Origin: Candidatus Hermodarchaeota archaeon | GTDB taxonomy: Archaea > Asgardarchaeota > Hermodarchaeia > Hermodarchaeales > Hermodarchaeaceae | DNA: 64,000 nt | Direction: 5' to 3' | Assembly (NCBI GenBank): GCA_016840065.1 | Contig: JAEOTB010000010.1 | Coordinates: 1 to 64,000 of the forward strand | Shown here: positions 1 to 9,659 of the stretch, piece after piece | How the letters are laid out: each line of letters starts with the position of its first letter | Numbering within the stretch: position 1 is the first letter of the stretch | The notes under the pieces: model-generated | Seen by the model: the letters and a program-made list of their open reading frames with translations, nothing else | Databases searched by the model: none | Told to the model about the DNA's origin: nothing | Translations under genes and position numbers: made by a program

Positions 1-32
1 AGGTTTAAAGGCTGTAGAAGAGGCTCTCAAGG

Positions 33-1412
33 GTGAAGAAGTGGGGTGGTAGTATACCACGTTTTCTTGATTTGTTTGTACAAGAGCTGCGAGGAGCTAA
101 ACAGGATCTTCTACGAAGGGTTCTAACAGGAGAAGAATCGAATGAGGTTGACCGTTATCTCCACCAAGCCTTCCTAGAGGATTGGCGAGAACTACCAACA
201 CCGCGAAAGGAGAATCTGCAAGTCGTTGCGGTTGACAGTGGCCGAGCACTTCGGAGGTACTCCTCAGGTGCATTCATGTATATCACCCGTGCCATCGCTT
301 CTTCATCTTGGGGGAAATCGTACAGGAATATGATGTTCAACTCCCATGTTGTCGCTTCTACCAGTATCCAAATCGCTAATATGGTCGGGTTGCGGTCAGA
401 ACTCTGTGAACATACAGCTGTTCTGGATGCGTTAAACGACTCCGACGATGTTGATGTAGTGCTAGTTGATGGCTCACTCTATGGACGAATAAATCAAGTT
501 CCTGAGACCTTCAATTATCGAGGAGAAAGGGATCTTTATCTTAGATTCATGGACTCGTTCAGTAAGCTTGTAGAGAGGTGTCGCCAAAGGAATATACTCC
601 TGGTAGGGGTCAGCAAGGATTCTGTCGCCAACCATTTAACAAAGACTCTTATGAGGAATATCCGCCAAAGCATCATCGAATCATTGGAGGATGAACTACG
701 CCCAGAGCAGATAACCCAGCTGATTGGTCTGCTGAATGAAGTTGGGAAGAGCGCGAGACCCCTAAATGAACTTGTCCGGAATCTCCCACTGAATAAACAA
801 CAGTATGAGGATCTTCAAGGTTTAGTGACTGAACTTCGACGCCCTCGACCTGACTTCTCTTTAATCTCTGCTTGGGCAGAGACGCCTGGCTATACAACGC
901 CAATCGAACCTCATCCAGATGTTCCGCTTTTCAAGTATGAGGCTAAGAACCCGCGGGACTATGCTTTAAGGCGATTTGCCAGTGCAAGCGGTGACCATCC
1001 AGGAGAAGAGGATGCCTTCGAAGAATGGTCTGTTAAGGTAATGGAAAAGGTGTTCGGTCTCCCCGCGTTCGTAACTGTGTGTGTGAAATTAGCGCCCAAT
1101 GATACACCCCTGCGTATTGATGTTCCCGCTTCAACAATAGGTCTTCCAGACCGTTTGATAGATTTGAAGGAGCCGAAAAGACTTGATCCGCCACCTGAAA
1201 AACTAATGCAGGCTTTAGCGTTACTGCAGGCAGAGTATGGGGGTCTTGATTTGTATAATGTGTGGCTGGTTCAGGCAGACCAGGAGGCTCGTCTACCTGT
1301 TCGGGATGTGACTAATTTATACGAGCCCCTCATCGAGAAGGAACTACGCATTTCTCTATCACCGTTAAGAAGAGATAGAAGGATTCGTAGAGCTACTCGC
1401 CTCTCCTCGTAG
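33..1412 (+). CDS. nurA: NurA 5'-3' nuclease
   Basis: VVAVDSG and VLVDGSL catalytic Asp motifs, VGVSKDS, RIDVP; directly upstream of herA-mre11-rad50. Confidence 0.88.
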   Translation: MKKWGGSIPRFLDLFVQELRGAKQDLLRRVLTGEESNEVDRYLHQAFLEDWRELPTPRKENLQVVAVDSGRALRRYSSGAFMYITRAIASSSWGKSYRNMMFNSHVVASTSIQIANMVGLRSELCEHTAVLDALNDSDDVDVVLVDGSLYGRINQVPETFNYRGERDLYLRFMDSFSKLVERCRQRNILLVGVSKDSVANHLTKTLMRNIRQSIIESLEDELRPEQITQLIGLLNEVGKSARPLNELVRNLPLNKQQYEDLQGLVTELRRPRPDFSLISAWAETPGYTTPIEPHPDVPLFKYEAKNPRDYALRRFASASGDHPGEEDAFEEWSVKVMEKVFGLPAFVTVCVKLAPNDTPLRIDVPASTIGLPDRLIDLKEPKRLDPPPEKLMQALALLQAEYGGLDLYNVWLVQADQEARLPVRDVTNLYEPLIEKELRISLSPLRRDRRIRRATRLSS

Positions 1413-1504
1413 AGATGGATGGAAGAGATGAAAAATGTTAAACATACAATTAATGGTAATACCGGTTTCTAGAAAGACACAAAGCATTGATGTAAAAAAA
1501 GAGT

Positions 1505-3151
1505 GTGATATTGGTGTTGCTTGATTTATCCGCTGAGGAGTCTGTTGGCTACATAGTAGACGAAGGAAGGTCCACCGAATTTTATTTCGCTAGTGACCGA
1601 AAACGATATCCGCCCAAGTTTGAGTACTTGACGGTGCGGTCAGAGGAATTCGTGGGGGATAAACTCGAACCAGTGGATGTTCTCGCTCAGGTACAACGTA
1701 TTTCCACTCTTAGCCTCGCACTACGCAGGGATCTCGATATTGAGGCTATTCACCGTATCAAAGAGGCAGGCATAGACGATGTTAAAACATGGGGGGTAGC
1801 CAGAGTGCTTGGGTATATCTCTCCAGCAAGTAAAGGTGGGAAACCACGTGTTTTGCTTCCTCGCCGCGCCGTTATACCTGGTCAACCTATTTATGTGGCA
1901 CCTGACCACTTTCTCAAAAGATTCTATGAATATCCAGCATCGGAAGCCCTCTACATAGGCAACCTCATCACCAGGCCCAAGGTGCCTGCACATATCACCA
2001 TCAATGGGTTCAGGCGACACTTAGCCATCCTTGCACAGACAGGTGCGGGTAAGAGCTACCTAACAGGTGTTCTCATCGAGGAGCTAATGGCACACGGCGC
2101 TACAATTCTGATTGTTGATCCCCACGCAGATTATGTACTCCTAAACCAGACTGCAGATGGTGGGAAACATGAATTTTCCGACCGAGTCACTGTCTTTCAG
2201 AACCCCGAGAGCACTAGCCGATACAGTCAGAAAGACATCGGAAAGGTAGAATCCTATACCGTCAAACTCGCCGATGTTCCTTTTGATGAATTATGTAGTA
2301 TCTGTGGCATCGGTAAAGGTTATACTAACATCCAAGATGCATTACAAAAAGCGCTAGACCGTCTCAAGAAACAAGGAATCGTCTACCTAGTTGAAGATAT
2401 TGAAGACGCTCTAAAGAGTATCGTACAGGATGAGGAGTTAGAACGGAAAACTCGACAAAGTGCTCAATCGGCTATCAAATATGTTCGTAAACTCCGTAGA
2501 CTTCGCGTCTTTTCACGCAGCGGCGTACCAATAGAAAATATCCTTCAACCTTGCCAAACCTCAGTAATCGATCTCTCAGGATTGGAAAGCCAAAGCACTG
2601 ACTATATCGTCAGCCGCCTCCTAAACGACTCCTTCACTGCCGTTGCATCCAAATCCTTTGACTATCCAGTTTTTCTTGTAGTTGAAGAGGCTCACAATTT
2701 CATTCCTGCTGGTGAAGAGAGGAACCGCTCTCTCCCTGTAATTCGTCGCATTGCTGGTGAAGGCAGAAAGTTCGGGATCTTCCTGATTGTAATCAGCCAA
2801 CGTCCTGGAAAAATTCATGCTGACACCCTAAGTCAATGCAATAGCCAGATAGTTCTCAAAATCACCAACCCATCAGACCAGACTGCCATAGCTAACTCCT
2901 CAGAAAGGCTTAGCGAAGAACTCACCAATGACCTCCCAGGCCTAAATGTGGGAGAAGCTGTTATCGTCGGTGAAGTCACACGGTCACCTGTAATGATTAA
3001 GGTAAGAACGCGCAGAACACGGGAAGGCGGGGCGGATATTGATGTTGTATCTCGTTTACGGAAGGCCCGTAAAGCTGCAGGAATTGATCGACAACTCGCA
3101 AAAGATCGTCGTCAACAGACAAGAATGAAAGGGAGATTCTCTGAGGTCTAG
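1505..3151 (+). CDS. herA: HerA bipolar helicase/ATPase
   Basis: N-terminal HAS-barrel-like region, RHLAILAQTGAGKS Walker A, DPHADY, VVEEAHNF Walker B, EGRKFG, SQRP, LSQCNSQ; true start may be a few codons downstream. Confidence 0.92.
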   Translation: MILVLLDLSAEESVGYIVDEGRSTEFYFASDRKRYPPKFEYLTVRSEEFVGDKLEPVDVLAQVQRISTLSLALRRDLDIEAIHRIKEAGIDDVKTWGVARVLGYISPASKGGKPRVLLPRRAVIPGQPIYVAPDHFLKRFYEYPASEALYIGNLITRPKVPAHITINGFRRHLAILAQTGAGKSYLTGVLIEELMAHGATILIVDPHADYVLLNQTADGGKHEFSDRVTVFQNPESTSRYSQKDIGKVESYTVKLADVPFDELCSICGIGKGYTNIQDALQKALDRLKKQGIVYLVEDIEDALKSIVQDEELERKTRQSAQSAIKYVRKLRRLRVFSRSGVPIENILQPCQTSVIDLSGLESQSTDYIVSRLLNDSFTAVASKSFDYPVFLVVEEAHNFIPAGEERNRSLPVIRRIAGEGRKFGIFLIVISQRPGKIHADTLSQCNSQIVLKITNPSDQTAIANSSERLSEELTNDLPGLNVGEAVIVGEVTRSPVMIKVRTRRTREGGADIDVVSRLRKARKAAGIDRQLAKDRRQQTRMKGRFSEV

Positions 3152-3157
3152 GTTCCT

Positions 3158-4327
3158 ATGACTGTCAAAATCCTACATTTCTCCGATTCCCATCTTGACG
3201 TTCCAGCCACTAAGTTTGGCCCCCGCCGCTTTGAACGTAAGCAAGACTTTCTACAAACCTTTGATACAGTCGTTGAGTACGCATTAGAGAAACAGCCTGA
3301 TATTCTTCTTCACACAGGCGATCTCTTCAACGGCATCAACCCACGAAATCCAGCACGAGCACATGTTATGACGGCGTTCCGTAAACTCCACTCTAAGGGA
3401 ATCCGAATATTCATCATTTCAGGGAACCACGACGTACCTCGTGCGCGACAAACAGGCATTTCCCCACTTGTTGAATACGCTAATGCCGGCTTCATCACTC
3501 TCTTTGAAGACTGGGAGAAGATTGGGTCTGAAACGATAAACGTAGATGGGTTAGATGTGGAAATTTCTGGGAAATCGTATGATCCTACCATCCCGGCAAG
3601 TTCAACGGTCGATCCTCTTACTCAGGTCTCTATCCCTGGAAAGGGAGATATCAACATCCTCCTAGTACACTACAACGTTGAGGGATTTCGCGGGACCTTT
3701 CCCACTAGCCCGACAATTCGCTTGAAATCCATTCCAAAGAACCTTACCTATCTTGCGGTTGGGCACATACACGAACACCAACAGCAGACGGTGGGCAATA
3801 CCACTATCTGTATGCCGGGTAGCACCGAACACGTATCCTTTGCTGAGGAGAAACACAAGAAAGGCTTCGTCTGGCACGAAGCCAACGCGGAAGGTGTCCA
3901 ACAATCAAAATTTATCTCCGTTAAGACCCGCCCCATGCGGACAATTCCAGTTACAATCCCTGCTGATGCTGACATCAATAACCTCCTCTTCAGGGAAATT
4001 AACAAGCTCCGAAACCCCCAACTCATTGTCCGTTTCTTGCTAAAGGGCGTAATGACCATCAAGTCCGCAGAGAAGTACCGTCGCTCGGAAGTAATCCGTA
4101 AAGGAATTGCTCAGTGTTTCTCAGTCGAAATTGTAGATAATCTCGAGTACATCAGCCCCGAACTCACAACCCCTGCAGGTGAACTCGCCCTTAAACCTCC
4201 CATCACAGAGTATCGCGACTACCTTACTGCAGCTATCGAACAAGAAAAGAATCCTGTGCGCAAGGCACAGCTACAAAAGGCGCTGGAACAGGGCATTGCG
4301 CTTCTTGAAGAAAAAGGAGGTTGGTAG
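3158..4327 (+). CDS. mre11: Mre11/SbcD DNA repair nuclease
   Basis: Phosphoesterase motifs SDSH, GDLF, GNHD, VH, GHIH, PGS; operon context. Confidence 0.92.
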   Translation: MTVKILHFSDSHLDVPATKFGPRRFERKQDFLQTFDTVVEYALEKQPDILLHTGDLFNGINPRNPARAHVMTAFRKLHSKGIRIFIISGNHDVPRARQTGISPLVEYANAGFITLFEDWEKIGSETINVDGLDVEISGKSYDPTIPASSTVDPLTQVSIPGKGDINILLVHYNVEGFRGTFPTSPTIRLKSIPKNLTYLAVGHIHEHQQQTVGNTTICMPGSTEHVSFAEEKHKKGFVWHEANAEGVQQSKFISVKTRPMRTIPVTIPADADINNLLFREINKLRNPQLIVRFLLKGVMTIKSAEKYRRSEVIRKGIAQCFSVEIVDNLEYISPELTTPAGELALKPPITEYRDYLTAAIEQEKNPVRKAQLQKALEQGIALLEEKGGW

Positions 4328-6691
4328 ATGGTCCTCCTACGCCGTTTAATCACCCGTGACTTCAAACACCTCGATGTTGACATAGACTTCCCTGAGGGCA
4401 TTCTATCAATTGGAGGTCCCAATGAGTCAGGTAAGTCCTCTATCTTTGAAGCGATTCTCTATGCCTTCTTTGGCCGCACAAACAAAGCCCCACGCGGCGA
4501 AAAAGACCGGCTGATAAACTATGATGCCAGCGAACTGTTTGTACAGCTATTTTTTGAATTACAGGGCAAGCAATACCGTATCACTCGTCGTATCCACAGG
4601 AAACGGCCAACACTGGCTACACTCCATGAGGTTGCTCCAAATGGCCAAGCCACGCTTTTAGCTCGAAGCGTATCTGACCTAGATGAAGCTGTTTCGAAAT
4701 TACTTGACGGCGTGGGTTTGAGCGATATGCTAGCCAGCAACGTAGTTCTCCAGAAAGATTTGGATCGACTCGCTAAACTCGACCCGACACAGCGCAGGAA
4801 TGTTGTTAATGCTATGATGGGCCGGGAATGCTTCTCCAAGGCAGTCGACCATCTCAGCAAGGACTCTAGCCCCCTCCGACGGTCACTCGAACCAGAACGC
4901 CAACATTTAGAATCCTTGGGACAGCTTCTAGTCCAATACCAGCAGAACACCCAAGAGCTTCAAAGAAAGCAGAAGGAGCTTGTTCAACTCGATGAACAGC
5001 TCAAGGAGCTAAGCCGCACCTACGCCATTGTGAATAAACGTTACAAAGCGTTAAAGGCCTACAAAATTGCAAAGGACCAAAAAGATTCACTTCAACAATC
5101 CCTCACAAATAAAACGGAACTCCAAATACAAAATTCTAGAACACTAAAACGGCTTGCTAGCCTTGAACAAAAGCGGGATCGGCTTCTCTCTCAGCAAGAA
5201 CGCCTAGCTCACATCGACTCCGACACTGTTGTCTTTGGAAGAATCAGCAAACAGGCGATTGAATTACAAGAAAAAATTAGCCTTCAGAAAGCCGCCCAAG
5301 ACTCAGTACAGAGAACACAGAAACAACTTACGAAATTTGAACCTCTAAGAGATAAGCTCACTGAATATCAAAGTGTTAAAGAGCAGCGTATCGCTGCTGA
5401 GACACGTCAGCGTCGAATGGTTTCACCGCTTCTCTATGTTATATCCATAGGATTACTAGCAGCAGGGGTTGGAGTCATCTTCTTCAATATGGTCATTGGG
5501 TTAATTCTCGCACTTGCTTCAATTCCTTTCATCATCTTTCTCGTGAAAACCTCACTCAACTATCGTGGTCTAGAGCCCCGTATAACCGCTCTTCGACAAC
5601 GTGAAGAGAAGTTACGTAAACACGCCGCCAAAGCTGAAACGTTAGTACAACTTGAAAGTCAGCTACAAGAGGATAAAGCTCGGTTAGATGTTCTCTCTAA
5701 AGAAATTAAGCGCCTCCTCAAGAGGATTCGAAAACAAATGCGCGCTCTATCTCCTGATTTGTTTGACTTGGACAAGCTCCCACCAGACGCTGAGCCTGCC
5801 AAGGTTCAAACTGCAATTAAGTCAATCGAAAAACGGCTCTTGAAACTTCGAACCACTCAGGAGAGCCAAAAGGAAGAACTTGATGACCTCAGAGAACAGC
5901 TTGCCTACCTTGAGCAACTAAAACAAGAACAAAAAGCATTAGCAGAAGATGTTGCCGCTCTTGAGACCAAACTTGCGGCTCATCAACTACCTAATCTCCC
6001 ACCAGAAGTATCTCCCTACACTCCAGATAGTTATGCGGAGTTAGAATCTCAAGAACAAGAACTGGGTAGGGCCAAAGTCGGAAAGCAGACTGATAGACAG
6101 CATGTTGTAAGACGCATTGAGGAGCTAACCGCTCATATCGCAGAGCACTCGGATGCCCAAGAAGAATTCGAATCCAAACAGGAGGAGTTGGCTCAAAAAG
6201 AAGAAACGCTTAAAGTTGCTGACCTTACAATCAAGGCGCTTCGTGAGGTCGCTGAGCGGTCACGTGAGCGAGTGCGACCAAGTGTTGAGCATGCTATGGG
6301 TCCTATCTTGGCTACTATCACTGGCGGGAAATACCGGTTTCCTAAACTAAGCGAAGATTACAGCCTGAAGGTCTATTCGGGAATGGCTGGCGAGCATGTC
6401 AGAGCGGATTTGTATAGTGGGGGTACAGAAGACCAGTTTCTCCTCGCCCTTAGATTGAGCTTTGCCATTACGCTATTAGGCGGTCGTGGAACCGCACCTC
6501 AATTCCTATTCCTCGATGAGCCTTTCGCTGGTTCAGACGGTTCCCGACGAAACAACATCATCCGTTTACTCCAAGATGAACTCACAAAGGTCTTTAGACA
6601 GATAATCGTAGTCAGCCACCTGCAAACCGTTCTTTCCGCCTCAGAGCATCATTATCGCATGGTAAACGGGCGATTATTCCCATCGGAGTGA
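4328..6691 (+). CDS. rad50: Rad50/SbcC-like SMC ATPase with a central hydrophobic hairpin instead of a zinc hook
   Basis: Walker A GPNESGKSS, Q-loop, long coiled coil, YSGG signature, FLDEPF Walker B, VSH; abuts mre11; no CxxC. Confidence 0.88.
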   Translation: MVLLRRLITRDFKHLDVDIDFPEGILSIGGPNESGKSSIFEAILYAFFGRTNKAPRGEKDRLINYDASELFVQLFFELQGKQYRITRRIHRKRPTLATLHEVAPNGQATLLARSVSDLDEAVSKLLDGVGLSDMLASNVVLQKDLDRLAKLDPTQRRNVVNAMMGRECFSKAVDHLSKDSSPLRRSLEPERQHLESLGQLLVQYQQNTQELQRKQKELVQLDEQLKELSRTYAIVNKRYKALKAYKIAKDQKDSLQQSLTNKTELQIQNSRTLKRLASLEQKRDRLLSQQERLAHIDSDTVVFGRISKQAIELQEKISLQKAAQDSVQRTQKQLTKFEPLRDKLTEYQSVKEQRIAAETRQRRMVSPLLYVISIGLLAAGVGVIFFNMVIGLILALASIPFIIFLVKTSLNYRGLEPRITALRQREEKLRKHAAKAETLVQLESQLQEDKARLDVLSKEIKRLLKRIRKQMRALSPDLFDLDKLPPDAEPAKVQTAIKSIEKRLLKLRTTQESQKEELDDLREQLAYLEQLKQEQKALAEDVAALETKLAAHQLPNLPPEVSPYTPDSYAELESQEQELGRAKVGKQTDRQHVVRRIEELTAHIAEHSDAQEEFESKQEELAQKEETLKVADLTIKALREVAERSRERVRPSVEHAMGPILATITGGKYRFPKLSEDYSLKVYSGMAGEHVRADLYSGGTEDQFLLALRLSFAITLLGGRGTAPQFLFLDEPFAGSDGSRRNNIIRLLQDELTKVFRQIIVVSHLQTVLSASEHHYRMVNGRLFPSE

Positions 6692-6695
6692 AATG

Positions 6696-7652
6696 TCAAA
6701 GAGGTATTGAAAGGTAAGCCTCTTCCCCTTGAAGAGTAAAACCGACTGCTTCAAGGAGCCTTTGATGAGATGGAAAGGAATATGCATTCAATTGGCTAAC
6801 ACCGATTCTTCTGCTCAGCTTTTCAGTAACCCTAAGCGCTGTGGCTAAGAAATCTGAGGCATCCTGAGGTGAATGCCAGAGTCGCACGAAGTTGTGGGCA
6901 ACGGTTACCGCTTCTGTTTCTTTCTGTCGAAGCAACCACAGTTTTGGTGATGGCTTATCTAAATCCATCAGCTCGTAGAGCTTACCCATATGGCGGAGAT
7001 AGGCCCATGTATAGGAGGGTGTATAGTTGTTCCCAAATACAAGTTTGAAACCTAAAGGTGGCCGGGGGCGCTGTTTCCATTCCAAGGGAAGCATTTGCAC
7101 ATCATCAATACGCATAGACGCGGTCTCATTTCCGAGTTCTTTAGAGAAGAAGAGAAGCCTATTCATTTTTTGAAAATTTAGGGATTTGTAGAAGCTGTAG
7201 GAGTCTTGGTCTTGAGAGGATACAGTCACGTACTGGCATCCCAGATTCGTTGCAAGCTCTCGAGCATGCTTCACAAGGAGGGTGCCTACACCCTTTCGTT
7301 GCCAGGCTGGATCAACAACCATCCAAACGATATGCGCGCGGCCTCTCTCTGGCGACCCCATGTCGTATACCACCTCTAGTTCACCTATGATTTCTCCCTT
7401 TTGGCGCGCAACAAGAACCGTTCCCCCAGCTTCTTCTAATATCCTGAGGTGCAGCGATAAGAGGTTAAAATCCAGCCACGGACCACCATGCCTCCACCTC
7501 TCCCATGTCGAGAGTTCCTTCCAGGTTGAGGGTGCGCCCCGTGTCCCATCTTTTGTGTAGTGGTGCCACTCTGCTATCTCCCTGCAGTTTAGCGAGACTA
7601 ATGCTTCAATGTCAGTTTCTGGGTTGACCGCTTCAATGGTTGGACCTGTCAT
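6696..7652 (-). CDS. GNAT family N-acetyltransferase
   Basis: VVDPAWQRKGVGTLL acetyl-CoA motif A, FYKSLNF; second degenerate GNAT-like half. Confidence 0.8.
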   Translation of the reverse strand: MTGPTIEAVNPETDIEALVSLNCREIAEWHHYTKDGTRGAPSTWKELSTWERWRHGGPWLDFNLLSLHLRILEEAGGTVLVARQKGEIIGELEVVYDMGSPERGRAHIVWMVVDPAWQRKGVGTLLVKHARELATNLGCQYVTVSSQDQDSYSFYKSLNFQKMNRLLFFSKELGNETASMRIDDVQMLPLEWKQRPRPPLGFKLVFGNNYTPSYTWAYLRHMGKLYELMDLDKPSPKLWLLRQKETEAVTVAHNFVRLWHSPQDASDFLATALRVTEKLSRRIGVSQLNAYSFPSHQRLLEAVGFTLQGEEAYLSIPL

Positions 7653-7775
7653 ATTTCATCGTGAATGCTACCAATCGAAATAAGCCTTTCACTATCTTAG
7701 GGTTAATCCGATAAGTAAATAGAGTCTAAACATTCCGATAACATGCTAGTAGTTTGAATTAATGGAGTTTGAGAC

Positions 7776-9119
7776 ATGGCGTCATCGAAGACGATTCTTA
7801 GCCGCTGGCGGAAAGCCTTCCCTCTGGCAGGGTTTGAGCCAGCATTGAATGAGCCTAGCAAAGACGACCAACGTTTAGCTGAGCAATTCGCCCCTCTCAT
7901 CTATGCTGATTCGAAACTCGTTGAGGAAGAAAAAGAAGATCTTGCACGGAACCTTGGTATCGACTCTCCGAGTGGCGGGTTCAGCGCAATACGCGATAGG
8001 TTACGCAGGCGTGATATAGGTGGAGTAACTGACGCACTTCACCTCTTCCGGGTAGGGCGGTTCCCCGATGATATGACTGGTGCGCGTATCGGCATCCTCG
8101 GTGTTGACTTGCCAGAGAGCAAGTTCCCTTGGGACAATGAAATGCGTAAGATGTTGAAGCAAATCAGCGAACGGTTACGTAATGAATACGCAGAGAAATA
8201 CTTCAATCATGTTCGAAGGCTCTTTGACACCATTTTCCCCTCAAAGTCTACACCCACATGTGTCATCAAGTATAGGGTTTGTAGGGATCCAGCTAACACG
8301 GATATCTATTGTATCCAATACTTTGCCTACTGGCCAATCCAATTATTCCCACGGCACTGGTACGATTATGAGCCTTTCTATGTGATAGTCCGGAAAGAAG
8401 GTAGAAGGTACACACCATTATTGATTACATATAATGCGGACTTTGGTGTAAGACCTCTCGTCTCTGGTAAGCGCCCAGGTCATATAATCCGAACGTTTAT
8501 CAATTGGGATTCAAAGGACATCCAGATCAGTCCCGGCGACTTCGATTCCATGGCTAGTTATATGACAAAGGCATACGGAGGGCGGTATCATTATCAGTCC
8601 ATGCCCAGCGATAAACGCAAGTCTCATACCGATGTTCTCTTTGGTTCTCGAGACCGGCCTGCACTCCATATCCCCAAGAAGTGGCACTCCTTTGACCTGT
8701 GTTCACCCGACGTGCTTCACCGCAATCCACCTCTCTCTTGTGAACTTCATCCTCTGAAGTCACAGGACTTGCTTCATATCGGATGGGAGGTCCTTAATCC
8801 CTTCCAAGCACCTTTCCTTTATCCCACCAGAGGTAAGGATAACGCGCTCATGCATTTTCCGCTGAACGCTGCAACTCTTTGGCATGGTCCAACTTATCAT
8901 CGATGGAATGATTACGCTCTCTTTGAGATGCACGTTAAACAGGAACGTCCATCGAAGACGGTCTCTAACATCTACTCATATCAAGTCGGGCTCCTAATTA
9001 ATCTCTTCTCAGAACTCTCAGGTGAGAGTATGGGAATTAGTGTTTGGCCATTAATAGAAGCGCGTGAAAGAGAACTCGAAGACACTCTTTCCCTAATTCG
9101 AGGTCTAAAAAGCGATTAA
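7776..9119 (+). CDS. Hypothetical protein, possibly Vps62/NPP1-like
   Basis: 447-aa ORF; LAEQFAPLIY, IQYFAYW...HWYDYEPFYV and RPALHIPKKWHSF resemble Vps62-family motifs. Confidence 0.5.
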   Translation: MASSKTILSRWRKAFPLAGFEPALNEPSKDDQRLAEQFAPLIYADSKLVEEEKEDLARNLGIDSPSGGFSAIRDRLRRRDIGGVTDALHLFRVGRFPDDMTGARIGILGVDLPESKFPWDNEMRKMLKQISERLRNEYAEKYFNHVRRLFDTIFPSKSTPTCVIKYRVCRDPANTDIYCIQYFAYWPIQLFPRHWYDYEPFYVIVRKEGRRYTPLLITYNADFGVRPLVSGKRPGHIIRTFINWDSKDIQISPGDFDSMASYMTKAYGGRYHYQSMPSDKRKSHTDVLFGSRDRPALHIPKKWHSFDLCSPDVLHRNPPLSCELHPLKSQDLLHIGWEVLNPFQAPFLYPTRGKDNALMHFPLNAATLWHGPTYHRWNDYALFEMHVKQERPSKTVSNIYSYQVGLLINLFSELSGESMGISVWPLIEARERELEDTLSLIRGLKSD

Positions 9120-9192
9120 CGCAATCCGTCATGCTTAAAACCAATACCAGCTGTGAAAGGTGAAATACTATTGCGTTAATTGGGTGGTCTAC

Positions 9193-9618
9193 ATGGTTTT
9201 TGAGAAAGTGAGAGCTACTGAGCAACCAGCAGCAATGCCTAGCCGCGGAAATCAGCCCCTCTTCTGGGCACTTCTCATCACAATTACACTAATTTGTGCT
9301 GCTTTGGGATTCTTTAATCCTCCTCCTTACAATCAAATTCTTTGGGTCTTGGCGGGCATTGCATTCATCTTATTCCTAGTACTTCTACGTCGAAACTATC
9401 GAGGTATCCCACGTATCGAGGCAACCGAGGTACGTAGACTCATTGCATGTGATGCATGTAATGTAGAGTCGGAAGGACCATTCGAAAAGGGTGACTATGT
9501 CTTTAGAGAAGTTGGGGAGTGTCCACGTTGTGGTGGACAGCTCTACGTTAAAGCTCTCTATGGCGTCGACGAGAAGACGCCGCTTAAGCGCCAACAGCCC
9601 ACTAGCAGTCAATCTTAA
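9193..9618 (+). CDS. Small membrane protein (2 TM) with C-terminal Zn ribbon
   Basis: Two hydrophobic helices followed by CDAC...GDYVF...CPRCGG; ATG 9193 preferred over 9160. Confidence 0.7.
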   Translation: MVFEKVRATEQPAAMPSRGNQPLFWALLITITLICAALGFFNPPPYNQILWVLAGIAFILFLVLLRRNYRGIPRIEATEVRRLIACDACNVESEGPFEKGDYVFREVGECPRCGGQLYVKALYGVDEKTPLKRQQPTSSQS

Positions 9619-9659
9619 CACGACTATTGATTCACTCGTTTATCACAAGGAGGGCTATT

